Of a stretch of DNA of 64,000 nucleotides, positions 35,663-47,776 are shown piece after piece; the first letter of the stretch is position 1; each line of letters opens with the position of its first letter. The translations under genes and the position numbers were made by a program. This DNA is from Hypanus sabinus (Eukaryota), in the NCBI RefSeq assembly GCF_030144855.1, contig NC_082722.1, positions 20,708,001-20,772,000 on the forward strand, read 5' to 3'. The notes below the pieces were generated by a model that had not been told where the DNA came from, did not search any database, and was given only the letters and a program-made list of their open reading frames with translations.

Positions 35663-37339
35663 CAATAATTTCGAAATGATACTAATTTATCTGAAAATAA
35701 GTCGCCTTTTTTTTAGATAATTACCTTTCAGCTATATTTGCACATAATATCCTACTTACAACATGGTAGGGGGGTATTCAATGGATGTTCTCTCTGCTGG
35801 GGTTTATGAAATTTTAAGAGAATGTTTTACGGGGATTGAACATAAATTCCATGCGGTATAAGCCAATCTGCCTCTCAAATTGAACTAAACTGTGTTTTAC
35901 CTTTATTCAAATTACCAACGGTGTGTACCATATTGTAGACTTCAGCTCTAGAAATACTGTTAATTCTTGGCGACAATCGTTTAACAATCATTTCGTAGCC
36001 CCTTTGGTTCGGTGATTATGATGTCTTCCCGAAAATTTTGAATTACCAAAATAGCCTGTTGCATGGAAGCTCACTGCTGACGCCTTAAAAGGTGCTGATC
36101 AGTACATATTTGCAATATCGTGAGCTATTTTGTTCTTATAGAAGGAAATATGTCCTGGGCCTGGAGAATGTCCACAGGAGCTTCACGAACATGAAGTCAG
36201 ACATCAAATGATTAACAGCGAGGATGTTGGATGTCTCTGTGCCTGTAGTGCATGGAGTTCAGCAAATCATAAACCCATAAGAGATAGGAGCTCAATTCAG
36301 TAATTTGTTCCATTGAGCCAGCTCTACCATTCAATCAAGGAACATTCAATTTTCCTCTGAGGTTTTATCTCCTGCCTTCTCCCCGTATACTTTCATGAAC
36401 TGACCAAATAAGAATCTATACACCTCTACTTCAAATATACCTAAAGTATTTGCCTTCACAGCTGTCTGTGATCAATACTTCCTAAGATTCTGAATTGATT
36501 CTCACTCTCCTCAAGATACCCGATATAGCTATAGACAGAATACATAATAATAGACATATGCAGAAATCCCTTCTGTGATATTCTGCTGGAGGTAAAGCCA
36601 TGTTACTGAGTCGTATAGTTACCTTCAGTATCGAATACAGAACAAAAAGTAAGTAAATAGCTTGTGGTAGCTTTTTTAACCAGTACTTCTGAAGTAGCTT
36701 AAAGCACAATGTAATTCAGACTGGAAAAGTAAACAGACTTTAGATGAGAGGGTATAAGCTTCACAGAAGATGAAGGTGAATATAATGCCCAAAACACAAT
36801 TTTAGAATAATGGGTGTTGCTGCACACGATCAGAAAGTTTCTTCAGGCAATCTTACTTTGGCTAACAAAATTGATTTTGCATCATGATAAAATGTTCATC
36901 GGAGGCTCTTGGATTCACTCCCTCCCCTTCCTTTAAGTGTCAGCATAATTCGTTGAGAGGAGATTAGAATCAAACCAATTTGGTGAGCTGAAACGGTTTC
37001 TTTAGTTATTAAAATTGTTAAATTAGGAGCAGAAATACTGCAGTAAGCGAAGTAAATAACATGGTAATTCTAAAGAAACTTAGAACTTTGACCATAATGA
37101 CCGAAGTTACTGCAAAGAGGGAAAACACTGAGACCCAGGTAAAAATGTCCACCGTTCAACCTTCCAGGTATGAGTTGGCAGCTTTTTGATCGAAGCTTAT
37201 TTCCTAATATTTTTGGAATTATTCAAACAGCTTGAATCTACAAACCACAGAAAGAGCAGGTCAATTTGAACATTGGCGATAAATTAAAATGATCGTTTGC
37301 AACATTAGTATTACATTGCTCTGTGCGCGAGAGATGGAC

Positions 37340-38190
37340 AGTACGATGCAAAACTGGGCTGAGGAGTGGTAGATGGTGCTCAATCACAATAAGTGTGAAG
37401 TGGTTCATTTTGGTAGGTCAAATATGATGGCAGCATATAGTTTTAATGGTAAGACTGGTAAGACTCTTGGCAGTGTGGAGAATCACAGGGATCTTGGGGT
37501 CCGAGGCCATAGGATGCTCAAAGCAGCTGCACAGGTTGACTCTGTGGTTAAGAAGGTGCATGGTGTATTGGCCTTCATCAATCGTGGAATTGAAGTTCGG
37601 AGCCGAGAGGTAATGCTGCAGCTATATAGGACCTTGGTCAGAACCCACTTGGAGTACTCTGCTCATTTCTAGTCGCCTCACTACAGGAAGGATGTGGAAG
37701 CCATAGAAAGTGTGTGGAGGAGATTTACAAGAATCTTGCCTAGTTTGGGGAGGATGCCTTCTGAGAATAGATTGAGTGAACTCGGCCGTTTCTCCTTGGA
37801 GCGATGGAGGATGTGAGGTGACCTGATAGGGGTGTACAAAATGTTGAGAGGCATTGATCGTGTGGATAGTCAGAGGCTTTTTCCCAGGGCTGAAATGGTT
37901 GCCGCAAGAGAACACAGGTTTAAGCTGCTGGGGAGTAGGTACAGAGGACCTGTCAGCGGTAGGTTTGTTTAATCGGAGAGTGGTGTGTGCGTGGAATGTG
38001 CTGCCAGTAACGGTGGTGGAGGCTAGGGTTTTTTAGAGGTTTTTTAGAAAGGTATATGGAGCTTAGTATAATAGAGTGCTATAGGTAAGCCTAGTAATTT
38101 CTAAGGTAGAGACATGCTCAACAAAAGTTTGATGACCGAAGAGCCTGTATTCTGCTGTAGTTTTTTTTTATGTTTCTATGTTTCTAAAAA
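37340..38190 (+). mobile_element. 5'-truncated CR1
   Basis: NKCEVVHFGRSN, FINRGIEVRSREVMLQLY; tatgtttctatgtttcta tail. Confidence 0.9.
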
Positions 38191-39599
38191 TTCCATCTTA
38201 CTTATGGAGAAAAGCAAAACATTGTTTCTCTCATTTACATTGTTTCAAATGTGAACGTTATCGCTGCTGTAATGTTATCTATATATCACCACATTCTTTT
38301 CACTTAACATAAAGATGACAATTAATAACCAAACGGCAATTAATTCAAATTTTAAAGTAATTTCTTTTAACTTATTTAAAGAGCTCTACCGTTTCAAATG
38401 TATCTAAACCTTCATTTTATTTCAATATGTTTTAAAAATTACATTTAATGTCAGTGAAAATTATACAATATACATCCTGAAATTATTTTTCTTCACGAAC
38501 ATCCACAAAAACAGAAAATTGCCCCAAAGAATGAATGGCAGTAAAACGTTATAACCCCAAAGACCCCCCAGCTCATTCCTCCCACGCATAAACAACGAAC
38601 CCCACCGCACGCCAACAAAAATGCATCTGCATCCTCCACCGAGCACACAAGCGTGCAGTAAAGCATCAAAAATGACGGAGACTTGCAGTACCACAAAGAT
38701 TACTCGTCCACCCGGTTTTCCACATACCACGGGCTCTCTCCGTCCTTAACAAGGGAAAAAAGAGATGTCCACGTTTCACAGCGAGAGGGGAGACATAACA
38801 AAACACCTCGTTGATTCATGGTGTTAAAGGTCTTTTGCCACTCTTTTTCCGAGAATTGTGCCCAAAGCACTGGGGTTTCCGGGCACACAATCAGCAGCCC
38901 CTCGCTGCTTTCGATCTTCCGTGTACTCCCACGACACAGCAGGCAGCGGCAAAAGTTTACGTGTCTTCCAGGCCGTGTCCTCGGCATATCTAAAAGCGGC
39001 CAGTCGTGAGGCCCAGAGAGCGGGTCCGATTTCCACAGAGAACGGAAGTTCGCGTGTAAATCCAGGTCAGGGTCTTCAAAGTAAATCTGAAAGGGGAAAA
39101 CGAGATATTAAGGATAGAACTGGCACTTTTTACCCAAGATGCAAGCAAAGGAGTCGCACTGCTTGCAGTTTTGCTACGAACTGCACTACGATAACACAAA
39201 CCAAAGAGAAAATCGAGACAACCAAACTGTTGGAAACATCAATGTCCGTGAATTACCGACACATGCTGTAATGGAGCAGGAAAATTCAAGTTGCATCCCT
39301 GTTTCCATTAGTAAAATAAATTGTCCACGTGTCCTGCAACTAAAATTAAGGACCACGATACCCAATCTAGGTATGGAAAGTGCAGACAAATTGTTCAGAT
39401 CCAACATTGTTAAAATGAAATGGAATTCAGGTACCAGCTGACCAATGAATAACTCAGAAGTATGAGTAGAAAATGCATTCCCCCAGTGAACTCTGCCTAA
39501 CATTTAGATGAACTGCATCAGTAGGGAAAATGAATTCATATCCATAGACACGATAATAGCAGTGATAAATGTATCAACTACATGAAGCATCCAGTTGGC

Positions 39600-40090
39600 A
39601 AAGTGGCTACTGAGTGTATTTCAGTATGTCCGTGATCTTTTGCTACTGCAGCCCATCTGCTACAAGGTTCGACGTTTTGGGCTTTCAAAGATGCTTTTCT
39701 GTACACCATTGCTGTAACACGTGTTTTCTGTCACCTTCCTGTCAGCGTGAAGAGTCCAGCCAGTCTCCTCTGGTCTCTCTCATAAACTATGAGTTTTCGC
39801 TCAAAGAATTGTCACTCACTTTATGTTTTCTCGTGTTTTTACGCACCATTCTCTTTAAACTTTAGAGAATGTTGTACATAAAGTTCCCAGCCAATCCACA
39901 GTTTCTGAGATAACAAATCACCCAGTCAGGCACAACAATCATTCCACGGTCAAAATCACTTAGTTCGCTTCACTTTCACAATCGGAAGTTTGGTCCGAGC
40001 AACGACTATATCTTTTGGCCATGACTGTGTGCTTTTATGTCTATACGTCTGACTAGATATTTGCATTAGCGAGCAGGTATGCAGGTTCAC
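39600..40090 (-). mobile_element. Tc1/mariner transposase remnant (paralog of 14030-14490)
   Basis: Reverse complement aligns with 14030-14490 inside the inverted duplication. Confidence 0.75.
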
Positions 40091-41599
40091 CTAATAAAAT
40101 GGCCAATGAGTATATATCTAATTATACGAACAATGCCGGCAATAGAATACCATACAGTTTTGACAATGAGGCAAAATTCGGGGCTGTTCATTGTGCCTGG
40201 ATCAGAGAGATGTTGGATGTGACTCAAAAGGGAAGGCAGTTTACCTTCTAATACGGTGGGAATTTCAAAGACATATCTGGAATTTTAAAAGTCTGCAGAC
40301 TACTGAGAAAACAACTTAGCAGAAGTAGGGCACTTGGCAACTCGACATGTTTCGCCTTTCAATAAAATTGTGACTAATCTGACGGTAACATTAAATTCCT
40401 ACGCCGCCCACCACAGTAACTTTCGACTTTCTGTTACTTGGGCAGATTTTGCCAACAATAAAATCACACAAAAATATAGGTTTCCATATTTTGTTTCAAG
40501 AAGAGACATCCAAAGACACCAAGCAATGCGAGTAATTTATTTTTTCCACACACGAGCATATAAGTCTTGCATTTATTACCTCCTTTAGAGCCGTCAAGAT
40601 CAAATACATATCAATCGATACCACCTCTCCGTTTCTAAACTTCAGCGGATACAAATGCAGCCAGGCCAACATGCCTTAACTGACTACACGCCCATCTACG
40701 GATCATTCTTATATACCATCACGCATAACTGTGTCCAATGTATTTGCACCATTCCGTAAATTGAAGTTCAGCGGTCAGAGTAAACTTAACATCAAAGTAC
40801 ATATTTGTCACCATTTATTACCCCGAGACTCACTTTTTTGCGGGCATTCGCAGCGCAACAAAGAAATGCAATATATTCAATGAAAAAACTGCACACAAAG
40901 ACTGACAGACAACCACTGTGCAGAGGGAGAGAAACTGTGCAAATACAGAAAAGGTAATAATCATAAATAATTAGGTAAGGAAATATGCTAAGAACATGAG
41001 TTGCAAGGTAACTGAAAGCAAGTGTTTTCCTGATGAAGGTTCTCGGCTGGAAACTTTGGCTACTCTTTTCACACGGATGCTACCTGACCTGCTGAGTTCT
41101 TCCAGCGTTGTGTACTTATTCTTTGATCCACAGCATCTGCAGTTGTATTTTTTATGTTTTGAAAACATGTTCATTTTTTATTGAATCAGTTCAATATCAA
41201 GAAGAGCGAAATTATCCACGTTGGTTCAGAGGCCTGATAACTGAAGGTAATCATTGTTCCTAAACCACAAATGCTTTAGTAGAGAATCCAGCGTCGTGCT
41301 ATTTCACTGAAGGTATATGATTGAAATGGAGCAACACTGCAAAGGTAAATTGGAATGAAGAAATGTTGTTATTATTTTTGTCCGCCTACCTCATTAGACA
41401 TTTTTGAACTCCTAAAGGGATTTCCATCTTTACCAACAAAATGAGTAGAGCACCGATTTGAATTTATACCTCAATAAAGATTTAATAAATCCTGAATTCA
41501 GCAAGAGGGCAACATTTCCATCATTATCACGAAAGTACTAGGTAGGCCATGCAAAATATTAGAACTATTTCCTCCCAGCTCAGGCAGATTTTAAGTCTG

Positions 41600-41700
41600 A
41601 ACCACATTAGTCTGCATTGCGGTGGCGTCATCCTACGTCATGTTTACATGATTAGTATACTTCCTCAGGAAGAACTTTTCCTCCAGCAAATTCTTTAAAA
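41600..41700 (+). promoter_or_regulatory. Putative lymphoid promoter of the VJ-C1 gene
   Basis: AACCACA (RUNX) 41600, CGTCA half-CREs 41626 and 41636, TGTTTAC (Forkhead) 41641, ACTTCCT/CAGGAAG (ETS) 41659-41672, TTTAAAA 41694, all within 150 bp upstream of the leader ATG. Confidence 0.5.
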
Positions 41701-41743
41701 TACCACTTGCATTGCTGCAATTGGTCGATTAGGATTTTGCAAG

Positions 41744-41798
41744 ATGTCGAAGAAATTCACGGTTTCGTACAGGGCGCTTTTGGCTATTACTTGGCTAA
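41744..41798 (+). CDS. Signal-peptide (leader) exon
   Basis: gcaagATG start; MSKKFTVSYRALLAITWL then phase-1 donor A|GTATGC; 202-bp intron to the V exon; joined sequence ends ...TAKVSA, a plausible cleavage site. Confidence 0.65.
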
Positions 41799-44700
41799 GT
41801 ATGCTGATTTATTCCTGCCGCTTCCGAACTTAATAGTCTCTTATAGAATATTTAACCCTGGGTTCCCGCAGCATATTTGTTTATATATTTCAGCTATTCG
41901 GTCGTCTTTGTCTCTTACATATCCAGTGACTTACGTCTTTCGATTTTCTTAATTCAGTGTGTTTAACTGTTATTAATAATGTTGATTATTTTTCCGGCAG
42001 CCGCCAAAGTAAGTGCGTGCGAAGTATCTCAGTTCCCTCCGGACCAGGCTGTCCCGGGAGGTGCGAATGTTACCATGCACTGCAAATTTCCACTATCACG
42101 AGTTACTGTTGACGTTCGTTGGTGGAGGGAAGGCGAGAAGACATCTTTGGAAAGCGACAGCAGAAGACAATTTTCTGTAGAAAGGGGAAGGGGAACACTT
42201 GTGCTCTGGAATGTCACAGTCGCCGACTCCGGAATGTATTACTGTGAAGCAAAGAATCAAGAACGATCTCTCGGGAGAGGAAGTGGCTCCAGGCTCACTG
42301 TGTTCGGTGAGTGTGGCTGTTTGGAGATTTTCAGCTCTGTGCATTTTGCATCAAACTTAGTGATGAGGATAAAATATTTGTACTTGACAAAGCAAACGGC
42401 TAGAGTACATTTGCTTCCCAGTCCAGATGTTCTAAGTTCAGAATTATAAAGAACAGAAGAATTAATCACATTTTATGTAGAACATTTAAAGCGCATAATA
42501 GAGCTAATTCATTTTATCGTATTGTATTTCCCCAAACTCTTTCCTACTGCAGTTAGTCCAGCCCTATTCATCAGCTATCTCCCAGTTAAACATGATGTCC
42601 AATGTTTGTGATACGTTTGGTCTTTACCCTTATTATCGTGAAGGTACTTGGAATACAACAAATTATATTTCAAGCATGGTTAGGATTGTTTTGCAAGCAA
42701 GAAGTCGAAACAATATTCATACTGATATGAACGGCTGGAGTTGGATAACTCGATTCGTCATCACAGAGGACGCAAAATATGAAAACTTACATAATCTCTC
42801 TCAAAAAGTCTGTGTGCAGCAGCAAAATGCTCAATTTCCGCATCAAAAGTAGAGAGGAATAATACCCAGCTCCAAACGAGTTAATTCCAACAATACTAAC
42901 AATTTTTCGCATGCACTGCAAATTGTCATTCCAGCTTTTGTCGGCAGGATTAGCAAAATCTATATTTATTTCACCATACAAACGGGGAGAAATAAAGACC
43001 TCTCAAGATCAAGGTGAATTTTGATAGGGTTGAACAACAGCTTGCAATTACCCTCATTAATTTCTGTCTGCCATTTTCAGCCCACCTGGTCCATAACCCG
43101 CTTCCAGCTTTAATACACATGTGACACAGCACTAGCCAAAGGTCTTCGTTCAAAGAACAATCATCTGCTACCATACTCAGGCTTCTCCGGAGAAGTCAAC
43201 GAACGTACATGATCAGACCACCACCCCATTGCAGAACATTTGCAAAGACCTTGCTAAAATCCATGTTGACCATATCCACTGCTATTCTTCATCAAAATTA
43301 ATGGTAACCTGCTCGACAAACTCATTATGATTGGTTAGACACAACCTACCTTACACAAAAAAACTTTTTCTATACCCGATAAAGCCCAGTCTATTCAATA
43401 TTTATATATCCCATTCTTTAAAACATCTTCGAATAAATTACCCACTTTTCTGTAATACCAACTAGTCTATTATATCCCGGCTTATTCCGAGAGTATACCT
43501 TGAACAACGGCAAAACCAGAAACATAATTGCAGAGCAGGTTCATGGGAAACTAAAAGGTCTGAAGGTAGGTAATTCACCTGGGCCAGATGATGCACATCC
43601 CAGGATGCTGATAAAAGTTACTGATGAGATTATGGAGGTATAAGCAAAGATCTTTCGAGAAATACTATATTCTAGAATAGACCTGATCGAAAAATTGCAC
43701 AAGTCACTCCACACTTCAAGAAGGCAGAGAGGCAGAAAAGTGAAACTGTAGGCCGGTCAGTCTACCTCACTGATTGACAAGATGTTAGAGTCCATTATTA
43801 AGGATCAGGTATTAGGTTATTTGGAGTTACATAATACAACAGTCCATATTCAGCATGATATTCTAAAGGGAAACTCTCTCCAGACAAATCTGATTGAATT
43901 ATTTAAAGGAATGGAAAGCAGGATAGATAAAGATTGGTAGAATCGGTTGTTGTGTATTTCGATTTTCAGTAGGCCTTTGACAAGGTACCATGCCCAAGCT
44001 GTTTAACCAGCTACGTGCCCAAAGTATTGCAGGAAATTTTCTAGGGTGAATAAAGCACTGGCTGGTTGTTAGGAGACAAATAATGGGAATAAAGGGAACA
44101 CTTTCTGGTTGGCTGTCCGTGACGATTGGTGTTCCACAGCGGTCTGTGTTGTGAACAATTCTTTAAGGTTATTTCTCAATGATAAATAACTGGTCATATG
44201 AGAGCATTTAGTGGCTCGGTGCCTATTTTCACTAAAATTCAGGGAAAAAATATAGGGGCGACCGCAATGAAACCGATTAAAACGTGAAGGTACCTGATTG
44301 TGTGGATGTGGAAATAATATCTTCTACGGTGGGAGAATATAAGACCAGAGGACTCAGCTTCAGAATAGAGTGGGCATCATTTTAAAAAGAAGATGAAGGG
44401 GATTTTTTTTTTGGCCACAGGCAGCTGTGGAGACAAAGTCTTTATGGATGTTTTAAGCAGAGGTGATAGATTCTTGATTAGTTAGTGCATAAACAGATTT
44501 GGGGAGAAGGCAGGGTATTTAGGCTGAGAGGAAATTATTAGCTATGATGAAATGGCAGGGCAAACTTGGTGGGCCAAATGGCTTAATACGGCTCCTATAT
44601 CCAATAGTCACATGGTCTTAAGACATCAGTTATACAGTAGTCTTCTGGAACCTCACCCACGAGTAAGGACATTCTGAAAACCTCAATCGGGGCCATTTGA

Positions 44701-47088
44701 CTTTCTGCACAAGCTTCCAACGAGGTCAGATGGGACACCTTGTCATGTTCTGGGGACTTATGCACCCTAATTTGCCACGAGGCTCTAATCTGTATATGGG
44801 ACATGATATTGTTTCTGGTTTGCTTTAGTGGTATAGTCTCTGTGTACGTCTACCGGGTAAATACAAATGGAAATGTATCAGATCTTCCCCCCCCCAACCC
44901 CCATTTATTTCGGCTCCATGCACTGTTATACCCGCTGATCTTAAAATAGATCAATTTTATCTGTCGCTATCCCTTGGTGCTAAGTGTATCTGTAGAAGCC
45001 CTTCGATTTTTCTTCACCTTAGAATTGTCCTTCATTTAGAATTTGAGAAGGCCAAGAACGTTGACGTCGGTAGAGGCGTAGGAAGTGGAGTCCGGCAACC
45101 GTGAGCTCTGTTTGGCTGTTGTAGGCAGAATGAAATCCTAACTGCTGAGATAAACTGATAAAGCTATCTAACTATTGAATATCCCCTGTTAGACACCGAC
45201 CATACTGTGGCAGAAGCAGTCCACGTTTACAAGACCTGAAAACTGAGCTCGCAATTTCCACAAAAGATCCTACAGCAGTGCCAAGGCACTGTCGACAATT
45301 TTGCTGCAGGACTTCAGGTTTTGGAAAGAATGTATCTATAGAATCAATCCGCTTAATATCAATTTGCATTTGCGTTCCTGAATGGTTCACGGAGGAGATG
45401 ATTTGCCACATTCAGTACGGGGGATCTGTTGCAGCAATGGTTCACATTCCGGGGAAAGCTCCATTACTGAATGTTTAGGACAGGAAAGATCAACCCCAAG
45501 ACCTGGAACACTTCTTAACCGGTTGAACGACCAAAATATTAAACTCCATGTGCATTTGTACGATAGAAATCTCTGATATTTTGGGTTTTGTAGCTCAGTC
45601 CTGATACGAAAAAGCAAAATCCAAAAGTAGCCAGCTTTCCAAAACTAACGGCCGCCGCAAACAGAACTGTGCATTAAAGCTCAAATACTATTCAAAAGAG
45701 AATGTCTTCCTCAGTTCCGACCTCTCAGCTTCGCTGTCAAGGTGTATTATCTAAACTCTTCCTTTCATCCATTTCCCAAGGGGATTGTGTTTTATTTTGC
45801 ATATTTTGTGACTATCTGTGCTGGTTGGTAACTATATGTGCTGTGTGTGACTACTTATATATGTACTGTGTTTTGCAACTTGGCCGCAGAAAAATAATGT
45901 GTCGCTTAGCGGTGTGTGTGTATGGCTCAGCAACAAAAAAAAAACTGTACGTGAAATAAAATAATTTATTAAATACAGGTTAATATTTGCGGGTAACTCA
46001 TTTGATAGTTAAAATGTCATGGCAGTTGACGGGGAGATGAAGGAATCTACCTACACTGAAATGGATTGGAAATACCCAATACAAATTTGTTTGTATTCAA
46101 GCTCCTCCAACTCCATTGGAAATAGTTCCTATTGGAGGGTTTTCGGCTCCTCCAAAGCTCCTTTGTAAAACGGCTGCCTTCTACCCGGAGAAATTAGAAA
46201 TCGTTTGGCAAAGAAATAACAAACAAATTCGCACTGGAATACAGAGTGTGGCAAACCGAAGCGTGGGTGGATTGTACGAAGCTTCTAGCTTATTGGAAAT
46301 CACGCAGTCTACATGGGGAAAAGATGTTTACATCTGTCTGGTGTCGCATGTCTCCCTCACAGTGCCTGCCTGTTTCATCTACGTCGTGGAGCAAGGTAAG
46401 ATGGTGTCTTGATGAAGTCCTGATGTTTGATCTCGGCCTTAAATGTTGACACTTCAGGTTTGCCTGATCGGCTAAGTTCTTCCAGGATTTTATGTGTTAC
46501 TCTGAATTTCAACATACTCAGAATCATTTGCGCTCAATGTAAGATGGAAGTGCTTACAAGTCATAGTGGAGGGTCAATGTAACCTTGTTAAGAACAGTAA
46601 CCGAACAGCTACGCAAACACTGAAGTATGGCTAATTTTGAAGATTAGTAATTGACAGGGAATATTAAACGTGAAAGGTGTTCAGTAGTTAATGCGTTATT
46701 CCCGTAGGTGTAAATCGTGTAGGACGAATTAAGAACTTGTACAGTAATTGTACCGTAGCAAACGTCTGGTCATTTGCTAAAAATATGACAAAGCAAAACG
46801 TAAACTCTAAAACACATTGTCATACAACAAAGGTGGGAATATGCTTTTCGATTCTGACGATATATTTTCCGATCGTCTGTAGTGAGATTAAAAACAAGCC
46901 TATAAAATATTTTGATTCTCATCTATGCATTTGTTTATAGATAAAGACATGCTTTACAGTTTCTTGTTTTTCCCCTGTTGATCCACAAGGTGCTGATACT
47001 AAATTGATTCTCGCATATACAGTGGACGGATTGGCAATTTTAGCCCTGATAATAGTTTTGGTGAAAGTCAACTTAAGGAGATCGCACG
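41744..47088 (+). CDS. Non-rearranging Ig-superfamily receptor gene, leader-V(J)-C1-TM (SIRP/NKp30/VJ-C1-like); exons 41744-41798, 42001-42306, 46102-46395, 46990-47088; cytoplasmic exon(s) unresolved
   Basis: Four exons, all phase 1, with GT/AG boundaries, splice into one open frame: MSKKFTVSYRALLAITWLTAKVSA-CEVSQFPP...YYCEAKNQERSLGRGSGSRLTVF-APPTPL...CKTAAFYPEKLEIVW...YICLVSHVSL...EQ-GADTKLILAYTVDGLAILALIIVLVKVNLRRSH. Confidence 0.85.
42001..42306 (+). CDS. Ig V-set domain exon with germline J-like G strand
   Basis: Acceptor tttccggcag| and donor G|GTGAGT; canonical C(KF), W(WR), DSGMYYC and GRGSGSRLTV; two NVT sequons; no RSS adjacent. Confidence 0.93.
43440..44600 (+). mobile_element. 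Decayed CR1 RT in intron 2 of the Ig gene
   Basis: SPGPDD.HPRML, FQ*AFDKVP, G.PQ.SVL remnants. Confidence 0.75.
46102..46395 (+). CDS. Ig C1-set domain exon
   Basis: Acceptor ttgtattcaag| and donor G|GTAAG; C1 motifs LLCKTAAFYPEKLEIVW, YEASSLL, YICLVSHVSL. Confidence 0.92.
46990..47088 (+). CDS. Transmembrane exon
   Basis: Acceptor atccacaag| and donor G|GTAAG; 99 bp, phase 1-1; LILAYTVDGLAILALIIVLV followed by basic KVNLRRSH. Confidence 0.85.
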
Positions 47089-47672
47089 GTAAGAACTCTG
47101 ATCACTGAGAAACATTACCTCTATTCGTCCAAACAGAAGTGTAAATGGCATTTAACTTCAAAACAGTAAATGTCCTTTACAAAATGATTGGACATGGATC
47201 GCGGTTTTCGAAGTCAAATTTCAGTGATGACATTCGGTTATAATAGAAGCTAGAACTTAAAGTTCAACTGTTGCACCAGTCTACTCGAGTATTACACATC
47301 TCATTCACGAATGCTTTTCCATGACTTTGGAAATCTTCAACTGTTTTAAACACAATGGCAGATCTATATTTTGAAGCATAAAGAACACTGTCGAACTCGA
47401 GCATGTCTCATTGATTTTAATTTCCATTTCAGCGACAGTATTTAAATATACTACGGCCTCTGATATGCTCTTATCACTTTACGGCTTCGTTAGAAGTTTA
47501 ATTAGCATACTGTCGTGAGGTCGACGCGGAACACCTTGTATTAGTATATCACCAAATGCTTTCTGAAATATCGGTGTCTTGAGCTGTTCCTCATACACAA
47601 TTAATTCGATTGGTATCAAACAAATAATGTCCAATTTTTACAGTACAAATAATTCAATTTATATTTCTTAAG

Positions 47673-47776
47673 CGATTAACACAAGTGCTTTGGACGGAAT
47701 TCAGAAAGAAGTGCCGGCAGATGAATTGATACATCTTCTTTCAGAGCCATATATGCACATATTAGAGATATTATAA
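47673..47776 (+). CDS. Candidate terminal cytoplasmic exon
   Basis: Acceptor atatttcttaag|, phase-1 frame AINTSALDGIQKEVPADELIHLLSEPYMHILEIL*; other nearby acceptors are equally possible. Confidence 0.3.

Larger units (their letters stand above)
36480..41270 (+). repeat. Inverted paralogous block, copy B (5' flank of the VJ-C1 gene)
   Basis: Collinear with copy A; each copy carries different later insertions. Confidence 0.85.

Noticed and set aside
45240-45560. Minus-strand Ig-like wording (ILVVQP, MWQ, MQIDIKRIDSIDT) in intron 2
   Set aside because: Requires several frameshifts, Trp-to-E-strand spacing is too short, and there are no convincing splice sites
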